Virus record (IMG/VR): IMGVR_UViG_3300046820_002137
Coordinates: 56,574-120,573 of that record
Direction: 5' to 3' (one strand)
DNA: 64,000 nt
Source of the DNA: a virus
Positions within the stretch are counted from its first letter, which is position 1, and each line of letters begins with the position of its first letter. The notes beneath the pieces were generated by a model. It made no database searches. It worked only from the letters and a program-made list of their open reading frames with translations, and was not told where the DNA came from. This document shows, piece by piece, positions 55,132 through 64,000 of the stretch. The translations under genes were made by a program, and so were the position numbers.

Positions 55132-56811
55132 TTAACTTTCTTTTCTTAATTCTTTACTGTAGTGTTCAAATCTATTGTGTTCCGTTGGAGTCATTAGTAG
55201 AAGTCCTCCTTTAATATTACCTTTTTTTGTTTCTTGGAACATATAACTCATCCATGTTTGCTCAAAGGGGTGGGCCCATGTTGTTTCTAAGAACATTTTT
55301 TCATTTCCTTTTTTAGAAACTATTTGGGGCCAATTACAATAATAAACTTCACCAGTCACATATGGAACACCTTCTACTGACCTAACACTATCATACTTAG
55401 CTTTAGGGGCATTTGGGTCTAATCCAATTTGAGGTAATTGTTTATTATTTGGCCAAAACTCTTCTCTAACATTTTGAGGTACATTATACCAACTCCACTG
55501 TGTTGAGTTATCCCCGAAAAATTCAGAAAAATTAAGTTTTAAAAAATCAAAACTTTCATTTTTAATTATTTTGATAGTTTTGTTGTAAAGGTCATCGACA
55601 TATCTATTAAATCCATTTCTACAAACTTCCCCCTTTTTTGGATAAAAGAACATATCATCTTCGAAGAAAAACATAAAATCTTGTTCTGTTTTTTTGAAAT
55701 GTTCCGCAATATACTGTCTTCCCCCGCATATACCTAAATTTTCTCCAGGATTTATTATTTCGAAATCATAAGCTTTACATAATTCTTCGTATCCTTCATC
55801 AGTTGACCTGTCAGTTGAATTGTTTAAAAGATATTTTTTTGGTTTTTTAATAAAATTTTCATCATAATCAATCATAGATTGGATTAAAGTGGAAAATTGT
55901 TTAGGACTATTAAACCCTATAACGTATAGTGATACTTTTGGATTTACGATTGTAGGTTGTGTTGATTTTTTACCCTCTTCTGTAAGAACCTTTATTGAAT
56001 CATTTTTTAAATCTTCGAAGAATTTACCAATTAGTCCGTTCCCATCAATCAAAGAATAACTAATTAACTCAGGATTTTTATAAGTCATAATGGTAAACAG
56101 ACTTTCTTCTGTTCCCATATACCCGTTAGTTAAAGTTTCAATAAGTAATTGATAATATATATTATTAAGTTGTGATATGGAAGACTTTTTTCCTCCGAAA
56201 AATCCACCTCTAGCCACCTTATTAACCTCAGTAGAATTACAATATGTCTTTATTTTATTATACTCAAAACCATGAATTTCAGTAGTTGTTTCATAAGGGA
56301 AACATATAAAATGAAAATTTTCAACGTAATTAGGTAGTTTTTCTAAAACATTATCATGAGTAAAGTAACCCAAATGAACTGTATTTGTAATACCAGCATC
56401 TATCCAAAATAGATAATCAGAATCAAATTTATCTAAAATTTTTGCATCGTGCAACAGGAAAAATTTTGACATAACAATTGGATTGTACATTTCCAATTTA
56501 GATTGAGTAGATTCTGAAAGCCACCCTACTTGGTTTGACCAATCACTATTATTTCGTATTTTCTGAATTTTATCAAAATATTCGTTATCTTTAAACCATT
56601 TTAAATCTCTTCTTAAGAATTGTGTGTTATCAGATTTTCTATTTTGAGAGACAAACTTTTCTAATTCTTCATCACCAAAAATTATTAAATTAGTATCAAT
56701 TTTTAATAATTCTGATAATTTTTGTAAATAATGTTCGTAATTTCTAGACCAACCTTCATTTAATTGGTCTCTACCTATGTTCCATAATCCTGTGACTAAT
56801 GTTATTTTCAT
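55132..56811 (-). CDS. two-domain glycosyltransferase: HtrL/YibB-like plus GT-A fold
   Basis: ITLVTGLWNIGR, Y...VMSK, FWIDAG, GGFFGG; second domain NLGICGGRQ, FFEDD. Confidence 0.7.
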   Translation of the reverse strand: MKITLVTGLWNIGRDQLNEGWSRNYEHYLQKLSELLKIDTNLIIFGDEELEKFVSQNRKSDNTQFLRRDLKWFKDNEYFDKIQKIRNNSDWSNQVGWLSESTQSKLEMYNPIVMSKFFLLHDAKILDKFDSDYLFWIDAGITNTVHLGYFTHDNVLEKLPNYVENFHFICFPYETTTEIHGFEYNKIKTYCNSTEVNKVARGGFFGGKKSSISQLNNIYYQLLIETLTNGYMGTEESLFTIMTYKNPELISYSLIDGNGLIGKFFEDLKNDSIKVLTEEGKKSTQPTIVNPKVSLYVIGFNSPKQFSTLIQSMIDYDENFIKKPKKYLLNNSTDRSTDEGYEELCKAYDFEIINPGENLGICGGRQYIAEHFKKTEQDFMFFFEDDMFFYPKKGEVCRNGFNRYVDDLYNKTIKIIKNESFDFLKLNFSEFFGDNSTQWSWYNVPQNVREEFWPNNKQLPQIGLDPNAPKAKYDSVRSVEGVPYVTGEVYYCNWPQIVSKKGNEKMFLETTWAHPFEQTWMSYMFQETKKGNIKGGLLLMTPTEHNRFEHYSKELRKES

Positions 56812-56823
56812 AATTAAAATTTT

Positions 56824-58326
56824 CTAAAATCTTATTAATGGTGTATATGAGCTATTAGAATAAAACATAAAACAAGAGTTTAAAAAGTAAAACCCGTCCC
56901 AACTAAACTTCATTTCGGCATCAATTGATGACATACCTATCTCTAAACCTTCCGCAAATGGCCATATATTATTTTCCACAGAAAATTTATCTCTATTACC
57001 CCACGCCTCTGTAAAAATTTTTAATTTATCGTTATTTTTAAATGCTAAAAATTGTTCGTTACAAACGTGACCAAAATCATATTTATCGGTTTCCATTAAT
57101 TTATATGGCTCAATTTTGTGACGCCAAAAACAAGTATTCCAATCGTGTTTTCCTAGAATATAATGAGGTCTTTCAAATAAAAAATCAAACTCTGAAGTGA
57201 TGAAAAAATCAATAAATGATTCTATTTTTGACTCTTTATAATCCGGACCAATTATCCAATCGGCATCAAAATAAATTATTACTTCATTTTGACTCTCCGA
57301 TGCCAATTTAATAGGGTAATATTTTAAATTATAATTAAAACACCCGTTTGGATAAAATAAAGTTAGTTCTTTTGGGACTTTTTGAATATTACAATTTTTT
57401 ATTTTTTTTGGTTTTTGGTCAGTTACGATTAAAACTTGGTGGTTCTTTGATACTTTATTTAATTTTTTGGCAAATTCAACGGAGATGTCGTAATATTTTT
57501 TACCTATTGCTATAGTACAATAAATGTATTTTATATTATTTTTTTTTTTACAGGTAGTTACAACAGGATAATCAATAACACTAGAATAAGTTGTCGCATA
57601 TTGAATTCCCTTTTCAGGTATTAGGTCAAACTTTTCCATATTTTCATAGAAATCTATGCTAGGATTTCTTTCAAACCTACTATAGTCCAACCCAATTGGT
57701 TTAGTGTGATTCATTACTACTTTGTCAATAATAGCGATTTTATCTTCAGGATAATTTAATATTTTAGGCCAAATAAAATCCAACCCTGCTGCGGAATAGG
57801 TTAACTTAAACGTAAACATTAAATTATAAAATATTTCAGTTTTGAATAAAGGGGCAACAATCTCAACAAAACTTGTAAACCTAAGTAAATTTCCTCTATG
57901 TTGGGTGGTTATTAAATGAGAAATGTGTCCAGTTTGAGCTGGTTGGGATAAGTATAACTCAAAGTTTTTAGATATTTCAAAAAACTCATTTAGGTCATTA
58001 ACACCAATCGATATGTCACAATCCGGAACCCATATATACTCGTAGTTATCAAAAATTGTTTTATTATCCGAAACAATATCAAAAACCATATTGAGTTTTT
58101 CTCCTTTTTTTTCAATAAAAAAATCGGAACTTTTTTTAAACTTATTTGAAATATCACGGTTATTACCGTAATACACAACACATAAATCATAGTTTTTTTT
58201 ATCGGAATACCATTCAAGATGAAGGGAATCATCAGCAGCACAACAAATTATTATAGTACTTACTGACTTTTCACCACTATCGATGGTTTTGTTAATATAT
58301 AGTGAATTTTCTTTTTTATTTTTCAT
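56824..58326 (-). CDS. DUF707-like domain fused to a second DxD glycosyltransferase-like domain
   Basis: YEYIWVPDCD, LSQPA, FVEIVAPLF, GLDFIW, IAIID...H; C-terminal YFDAD. Confidence 0.65.
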   Translation of the reverse strand: MKNKKENSLYINKTIDSGEKSVSTIIICCAADDSLHLEWYSDKKNYDLCVVYYGNNRDISNKFKKSSDFFIEKKGEKLNMVFDIVSDNKTIFDNYEYIWVPDCDISIGVNDLNEFFEISKNFELYLSQPAQTGHISHLITTQHRGNLLRFTSFVEIVAPLFKTEIFYNLMFTFKLTYSAAGLDFIWPKILNYPEDKIAIIDKVVMNHTKPIGLDYSRFERNPSIDFYENMEKFDLIPEKGIQYATTYSSVIDYPVVTTCKKKNNIKYIYCTIAIGKKYYDISVEFAKKLNKVSKNHQVLIVTDQKPKKIKNCNIQKVPKELTLFYPNGCFNYNLKYYPIKLASESQNEVIIYFDADWIIGPDYKESKIESFIDFFITSEFDFLFERPHYILGKHDWNTCFWRHKIEPYKLMETDKYDFGHVCNEQFLAFKNNDKLKIFTEAWGNRDKFSVENNIWPFAEGLEIGMSSIDAEMKFSWDGFYFLNSCFMFYSNSSYTPLIRF

Positions 58327-58329
58327 TTT

Positions 58330-58860
58330 TTATTTTATTGCTTCCAGATTTAAACTCATTAACATTCCACTATCTTTATCCATGTGAGGTAAATATGATT
58401 GACTATAATCATCAATCTTAGAATGTTCTGTTTTTCTCCAATCATATTCTTTAACCGATTTAAATCCGATATTAATTAAATCTTCAGACAATGATTTAAA
58501 GTCCCAAGCACAATAGTGGTAATTTTCGTTGTATGTTTGACCTCCATATAGTAACCCAAGTAAAGGTTTAATATCTTTATATTTATTATAATATTCAACC
58601 ACAGATTCAAAATTTGGTACTGCAATTCTAAGAATACCATCTGGTTTTAATTTTTCATACCAGTTTTCTAAAACTTTTTTATAAACATTCCTACCAAAAT
58701 GCTCTAGTACGTGAGAACAATAAATAAGTTCAACTGAGTTATCCTCAATAGTTTCTAATTTTGTTATGTCAGTAACTATATCAACACCATTTAATTTTCT
58801 AACATCAATATTAATAAATCCTTCTAAAATTTTATCACCACAACCTAAATGTAATTTCAT
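58330..58860 (-). CDS. class I SAM-dependent methyltransferase
   Basis: KLHLGCG, SHVLEH, LKPDGILRIAVP. Confidence 0.88.
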   Translation of the reverse strand: MKLHLGCGDKILEGFINIDVRKLNGVDIVTDITKLETIEDNSVELIYCSHVLEHFGRNVYKKVLENWYEKLKPDGILRIAVPNFESVVEYYNKYKDIKPLLGLLYGGQTYNENYHYCAWDFKSLSEDLINIGFKSVKEYDWRKTEHSKIDDYSQSYLPHMDKDSGMLMSLNLEAIK

Positions 58861-59828
58861 ATATTTAATGTTTTTAAAATATTATCTATAAAAGTAAAAA
58901 TGTAATCATCTTCGTAATATTCTGGTAATTTATTATCAATGAATATAGGTTCTGATAACATTTTTTTATACTTATTGTCATCAGAATCTATTTCAATTAT
59001 TTTATCAACTACCTCATCAATAGAGTTAAAATCATGACAATTTATAAAAGAGTTTGGGTTATATCCATCCTCAAGTATATTTGGATTACCCCAAAATATT
59101 GGAATTGTGTTTGACGCAAATCCTTGTACTAATTTTTCCTGCGAGAAATACGGGGCGCAAGTTGATTGTATTTGTAGTGAAAATTTAGATTCCGATTGAA
59201 ATAATATTTTATTTGTGTAATCATTTTTTTCAGAATGTGCTCTAGCTACTCGATAACACTCAACATCATTAGTTTCAAACCCACCGCAAGACACAACTTT
59301 TTTATAATCATTTAATTTTTCAAAAATTTCCCTTCTATACGGATTTGTTGATGTCTGTATTACCGTAGCGAATTTATTTTTTGATTCTATTATTTTATTA
59401 ACGTCTTTTTTATCAGTCATCCACTTAAAAGGTTCATCGTATAATTTACATTCATCATATAATTGCCATGTTGTTGAAACTAAGAAAAATGGCATATTCA
59501 ACAGTCTCTCATGTTTAAATTCAGGATTTATCCTACCAATAACATAGTGTTGTTCTCCTTTGTTAACATAAAATCCCATGTCACTGTATTCAGAATCTAA
59601 ATATATTTTTACAGAATTAGGAAAGTCATCTTCACTTTTTCCATTTTCGTTTGTAAAATAATCAATTTCATTTTTATTAGTTGAGTGGTTAGCATAAAAA
59701 ACTATATCAGGAGAATCATTAGTAATTACTATATTATATTTTTTACTTAATATACTAATAACATAGTTTACCATGTAATAACTACAATTGTTCCAGAAAT
59801 TGGCCCTTGTTATTCTGAGTGTCTTCAT
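58857..59828 (-). CDS. GT10 family (alpha-1,3/4-fucosyltransferase-like) glycosyltransferase
   Basis: KFSLQIQS...YFSQEKL..F...TIPIFWG, NPNSFINCHDF; the usual FEN motif is altered to IQS. Confidence 0.8.
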   Translation of the reverse strand: MKTLRITRANFWNNCSYYMVNYVISILSKKYNIVITNDSPDIVFYANHSTNKNEIDYFTNENGKSEDDFPNSVKIYLDSEYSDMGFYVNKGEQHYVIGRINPEFKHERLLNMPFFLVSTTWQLYDECKLYDEPFKWMTDKKDVNKIIESKNKFATVIQTSTNPYRREIFEKLNDYKKVVSCGGFETNDVECYRVARAHSEKNDYTNKILFQSESKFSLQIQSTCAPYFSQEKLVQGFASNTIPIFWGNPNILEDGYNPNSFINCHDFNSIDEVVDKIIEIDSDDNKYKKMLSEPIFIDNKLPEYYEDDYIFTFIDNILKTLNI

Positions 59829-61240
59829 ACAAAAAATTCTAAAAGTTTAGTTGTTTCTTCATTATACCCTCCATTATCGTGTACAAAAATTGGTGGTGTT
59901 TTTTCAAAATTGACCTCCATCCTTTCTATACTAATGTTGGTTTTAGTGTTAAAAGTATTAAGTACTAATAAACACTCAGTATCAATTTCAACTCCATCAC
60001 CCGTTAGATATTCTATTTGCCAATTACCTTGGTCACATAACCATTTATTATCTCTAATAATAATTCTATCTAATATATTTAAATAATCTAATGGTTTTGC
60101 ACAATGTACTCCCGCATTTAAAAATTTAAAATCGGATTCAACACCTTTAGTTTCATATAAATGACTAACTTCAGTATTAGGCCATAAATTTTTTTCGGCC
60201 CCAAATAATACATTAGTTTTATAATTTTCCATAATTTCAGGTATCCTATGTATCCCACCAACATATCCAACATCAGTCGCGTCAAGTAATACAAAATAGT
60301 CGTATTTGTTTAAAATTTCATTTTTAATAAATTCATAAAATTTATAAATTCTATAATAAGTGAATTTAAAATAATAACTTTCATCAAGAATATTTTCTTT
60401 TATAGAACAAAACCTCAAACAATAATAATCATTTTTATCAATATCATTAAGTAATTTTCTTTCAAATGTTGGATTAAAATGTTCCGATAGGTCATATAGA
60501 AAAGTAATTACTGCAATTTTTTTATCTATTTCTACGTTGTTTATCTCTGGTAACATCATTTGTTTAATAGAATTTTTTGTGTCGGTTAATCCAGCAACAG
60601 TAGTACCGTAATTGATTAACTGTTTATAAAAATTATGTATTAATTCATTATCCGATTTGTAAGGTATTCCATGACCAAAAATTTTTACTGGAATTTTTGT
60701 GTCCCAAAAAAAAGTTAATTCTCTACCTTTCATATTTTTTATAATTTCGTCACTTCTATTATCCTTTTCTATAAACGGAAATTTAGGAAATATAGTTAAT
60801 TCATCATTAATAAAATCAAAAAACTGCTTGTGGTGAGCATTACCTCTATATTTATTTTCATATAAAAATGAAAATTCATCATATTTTGATGGGATTGAAA
60901 TAAATCCTGAATTTGAAATTTGCTCTAAAAAATAAATTAAATCCAAAGGATTAAATACATCTTCTAAAGTATGCGAACATATTGAAAAATCAAATTTTCC
61001 GTTTGTTTCCACAAAAGATAATAACTCATCCCATGAGTTTTTATCTTCTAAATTAATATTAAAAAACTTAACTCCATCTATTGATAATTCTACAGAATCA
61101 GCAGCATATTTACATTCAGGGTAAGACCAAAAGTTAGCAGATGCCCCGACATCAATTGATTTTAGATTATTATTTTTTATGTAATTTTTTACATAATCTC
61201 TTTTACCTCCCAGGTCATTGTATTCCCAATTTTTTATCAT
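59825..61240 (-). CDS. methyltransferase-like domain fused to a PLOD/LH3-type glycosyltransferase domain
   Basis: N-terminal IDVGA, FDFSICSHTLED; C-terminal LLDATDV, FGAEKNLWP, FLNAG, DQ, ID..C, PIFVHDNG. Confidence 0.72.
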   Translation of the reverse strand: MIKNWEYNDLGGKRDYVKNYIKNNNLKSIDVGASANFWSYPECKYAADSVELSIDGVKFFNINLEDKNSWDELLSFVETNGKFDFSICSHTLEDVFNPLDLIYFLEQISNSGFISIPSKYDEFSFLYENKYRGNAHHKQFFDFINDELTIFPKFPFIEKDNRSDEIIKNMKGRELTFFWDTKIPVKIFGHGIPYKSDNELIHNFYKQLINYGTTVAGLTDTKNSIKQMMLPEINNVEIDKKIAVITFLYDLSEHFNPTFERKLLNDIDKNDYYCLRFCSIKENILDESYYFKFTYYRIYKFYEFIKNEILNKYDYFVLLDATDVGYVGGIHRIPEIMENYKTNVLFGAEKNLWPNTEVSHLYETKGVESDFKFLNAGVHCAKPLDYLNILDRIIIRDNKWLCDQGNWQIEYLTGDGVEIDTECLLVLNTFNTKTNISIERMEVNFEKTPPIFVHDNGGYNEETTKLLEFFV

Positions 61241-61246
61241 GTTTAA

Positions 61247-62191
61247 TTAAATATTTATTAAATTTATAGTGTGTCTAACTCTAGATTCTCTTGATAGGTA
61301 GGTCTCATAATATTCTCTAGCATTTTTAGATATAAAGTTTAGAAAATTTTTATTATTTATTACCTCCAAAAATCTTTTTTCAAGTAATTTTGCATGAGAT
61401 TCATTACCTAATCTATCCTTATATACATCTCTTTGTTTTGGTAAATCTAGTTGTAACGGAACAGAAATATAATGATAGTTAGGAATTAAAGCCGGATTTA
61501 ATGTTGTTACAAAATCAAATCTTAAAATAGGTATACCCATAGCCATACACTCAATATCTCTATAACATAAGTCACCATTTGCAACACCACCAATAGATAA
61601 ACAAACCTCATGTTCAGATAAAAAATCAAAATATTCTGACGGTTCTATTTTTCTAGTATCTGAAAGTACGTCAGGACTTATATAATTAACTATTGGTCTA
61701 TATTCAGTATTACCTCTAAAAAACAACTTAGGTATTAATTCTGCCTTTTCTTGTCTTTTACGATAGTAACTTTCTAAGTCTACAACGTCTTGTGGGAAAA
61801 ATATCCATGGAATATATTTGTTAGCATTTTCTCTAGCATGATGGGATATTTGGTCAGGTATGTATTGGGAATAAAGAACTTTTTTTAAATGAGGATTATT
61901 CTGTTCTAATAAAATTCCACCTGTTAATTGTTCGGCCACCGATAATATCCAAAAATCACCTGAATCTGTATCTTCTATCACATATTCACATTCCATTAAT
62001 TCCAAATGTTCATATTGTCTTTTTTGTAATTGTATTTTCATTCTACTGTAGTGAGCCCCTTCATAATATCTATTCTCACTAACGTTATGACTTTTTTTCA
62101 ATTCGTCTGTTAAATCATCCCAAAATAAATTATAGTCTCTATAATATCTTGTTTGTTCGTTACATGGATTATGAATTAAAAGATTTCTCAT
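61247..62191 (-). CDS. GT-B-type glycosyltransferase (GT90/GT47/CgeB-like)
   Basis: KLFFRGN, CYRDIECMAMG.P, LIPNYHYISV, ISKNAREYY. Confidence 0.6.
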   Translation of the reverse strand: MRNLLIHNPCNEQTRYYRDYNLFWDDLTDELKKSHNVSENRYYEGAHYSRMKIQLQKRQYEHLELMECEYVIEDTDSGDFWILSVAEQLTGGILLEQNNPHLKKVLYSQYIPDQISHHARENANKYIPWIFFPQDVVDLESYYRKRQEKAELIPKLFFRGNTEYRPIVNYISPDVLSDTRKIEPSEYFDFLSEHEVCLSIGGVANGDLCYRDIECMAMGIPILRFDFVTTLNPALIPNYHYISVPLQLDLPKQRDVYKDRLGNESHAKLLEKRFLEVINNKNFLNFISKNAREYYETYLSRESRVRHTINLINI

Positions 62192-63284
62192 TTTTTATTA
62201 TTTCTTTAACTTTATTTAATGCCGATTCTATAACTTGGTGCATATCATAATATTTGTACTCTGCAAGTCTACCTCCAAAAATTATGTTTGACTCAATTTC
62301 TGATAACCTCTTATATTCGTTATATTTTAAATTATTTAATTCATCATTTACGGGATAATAAGGTTCAGTGTATTCGGATTTATATTCTGTAGGATATTCC
62401 CAAGTTATCCAAGTAAATTCTGATTCTATATTTTCAAAATGTTTATGTTCAATGCACCTGGTAAATGGAGTCTCAACATCGGTATAATTCATCATAACGG
62501 TGCCTTGATAATTTCTAACATTTTTAAACTCATGAACAAATTTTGTTGTCTTATATTCTAATTCTCCAAATTTGTAATTAAAATAAGCGTCAATCGGACC
62601 TGTGTAAATTACTTTTTTGGATTTGGAACTCCAGTAATCTCTATCTTTAAGGAAATCTATCCCTAATTTTATTTCAATACCATCTAATAATTTTTCAAAT
62701 ATTTGAGTATATCCTCCAATTGGAATACCTTGGTACTTGTCTTTAAAATAATTATTATCGTAATCAAGTCTAACCGGTAACCTCTTAATGATTTCTTTTG
62801 GTAAGTGTTTTGGTTCCTTTCTCCATTGTTTTGTAGTATACCCTTTTATCAATTTTTCGTACACGTCTTTACCAACTAACTTTATTGATTGTTCTTCTAA
62901 ATTAGTTGGCTCACCTATTTCAATACTTTGATTTTCTATTATTTTTTTAGCATCATCAGGATGTGTAATATTCCAAAGTTTAGAAAAAGTCCACATGTTG
63001 AATGGTAAAGAATATATTTCTCCTTTATAATTAGCCACAGGTCTTAATGTAAAATTATTGAAAGAAACAAATTGATTTATCCATAACCACACCTCTTCAT
63101 TAGAGGTGTGAAATATATGGGGTCCATATGAATGGATATGTATACCATCTCTATTTTCAGTATAACAATTACCACCAATATGGTTTCTTTTTTCTAAAAT
63201 CAAACATTTATACCCGAGTTTATTTAACTCATACGCACATATTGAACCAAAAAAACCTGAGCCAACTATTAAAAAATCATACAT
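62169..63284 (-). CDS. glf: UDP-galactopyranose mutase
   Basis: IVGSGFFG FAD motif, HIGGNCY, YGPHIFHT, GYTTKQW, EPYYP, GRLAEYKYYDM. Confidence 0.97.
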   Translation of the reverse strand: MYDFLIVGSGFFGSICAYELNKLGYKCLILEKRNHIGGNCYTENRDGIHIHSYGPHIFHTSNEEVWLWINQFVSFNNFTLRPVANYKGEIYSLPFNMWTFSKLWNITHPDDAKKIIENQSIEIGEPTNLEEQSIKLVGKDVYEKLIKGYTTKQWRKEPKHLPKEIIKRLPVRLDYDNNYFKDKYQGIPIGGYTQIFEKLLDGIEIKLGIDFLKDRDYWSSKSKKVIYTGPIDAYFNYKFGELEYKTTKFVHEFKNVRNYQGTVMMNYTDVETPFTRCIEHKHFENIESEFTWITWEYPTEYKSEYTEPYYPVNDELNNLKYNEYKRLSEIESNIIFGGRLAEYKYYDMHQVIESALNKVKEIIKNEKSFNS

Positions 63285-63287
63285 AGA

Positions 63288-64000
63288 TTAATACAAATCA
63301 CCAGTTAATCTTTCGCACCACCCCTTAGAGGATGAGTGAGGCCATACGACCCAATATTTAGGTTTTTTGGCAGTTTCGAATGAACGCCATACTTTGCAGT
63401 ACCCATCAGGGTCATGCATCATCATATTAATTTCACCTGGGTCCGCGTCTTTTCTATAAATTGTTTCATCATTTTCATCATGGAAAGCAACCACCCAAAA
63501 ATCATAATCTTTCTCTGGTACCTGTGTATAACCAACGTCGATACAATGTTTAAAAATTGATGCAAAATCGTTTTTCCAATCCTCTTCAGTTTCATAATTA
63601 TATGGATTTGGCGGATATTCTTTATCTAAAGTATACTGTTGAACCGCCCTTCTTTCAAATAATATTCCAGCATATTTTTCATAATCCCTTAATGTTCTTT
63701 CGGTACCAAATCCATACTTTCCATGGTCCATTGACTCCTCACCATCCATACCAAACAATGAACGATTTTTCTTATGTGAATATTCATTTCTCTTGCCCCA
63801 CTGTTTATCATCATCCCACTGTTTTGTTCTACCCTTTCTTGTATATTCATGCCATACAAGAACTTTATGGGGGTGAAATAAATCATAACCATGAGTATAC
63901 GCTCTAGCGGCAATAGAAATTTCTTCGCCATGAAAGTAGAACTCAGGGTCATGTTGAACTTCTTCCGAGAAAGAACCAACTGTAAAACAGAAATGAGCTG
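63288..64000 (-). CDS. GT60 family GlcNAc transferase (Skp1-hydroxyproline GlcNAc-transferase Gnt1-like), C-terminal part
   Basis: Frame stays open to the window edge: AHFCF...EVQHDPEFYFHGEEISIAARAYTHGYDLFHP...WHEY, then YGFGTERTLRDYE; the track's 156-aa ORF is only the tail of this gene. Confidence 0.8.
   Translation of the reverse strand, partial: AHFCFTVGSFSEEVQHDPEFYFHGEEISIAARAYTHGYDLFHPHKVLVWHEYTRKGRTKQWDDDKQWGKRNEYSHKKNRSLFGMDGEESMDHGKYGFGTERTLRDYEKYAGILFERRAVQQYTLDKEYPPNPYNYETEEDWKNDFASIFKHCIDVGYTQVPEKDYDFWVVAFHDENDETIYRKDADPGEINMMMHDPDGYCKVWRSFETAKKPKYWVVWPHSSSKGWCERLTGDLY

Noticed and set aside
63689-63979. 96-aa ORF from the track
   Set aside because: Out-of-frame overlap with the GT60 reading frame, which carries the recognisable motifs
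1-64000. Alternative genetic code (TAG/TGA recoding as in some large phages)
   Set aside because: Long ORFs are intact under the standard code, and TGA (7712, 41769) and TAG (56824) act as normal stops

Overview
64 kb segment of a large, AT-rich, T4-like (contractile-tailed) phage genome, standard genetic code, almost all on the minus strand. A Bacteroidota-like host is inferred from the NrdA/NrdB type and the lack of Shine-Dalgarno sites. It contains baseplate and tail genes (wedge, hub, LysM, tape measure, tube, sheath, neck), an interleaved replication block (nrdAB, DnaB-type helicase, 5' nuclease, RecA/UvsX, gp32-type SSB, SNF2 helicase, family B polymerase), a superoxide dismutase and a HAD phosphatase. 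At the right end, a glycosylation operon (GT60/Gnt1-like, glf, GT90/47-like, PLOD-type GT, GT10, methyltransferase, DUF707, HtrL-like) runs into a Pro/Thr mucin-like virion protein, an Asn-rich fibre and a 2OG-Fe(II) hydroxylase. Main leads: (1) a possible phage-encoded hydroxylation and O-glycosylation pathway for the virion surface; (2) a probable +1 ribosomal frameshift (UUU-UUU-CGG) joining gp26-like and gp51-like ORFs before the tape measure; (3) a strand-specific TATTTAT upstream element at 16 genes; (4) several small ORFs missed by the ORF track. All protein assignments come from motif recognition by eye, not database searches.
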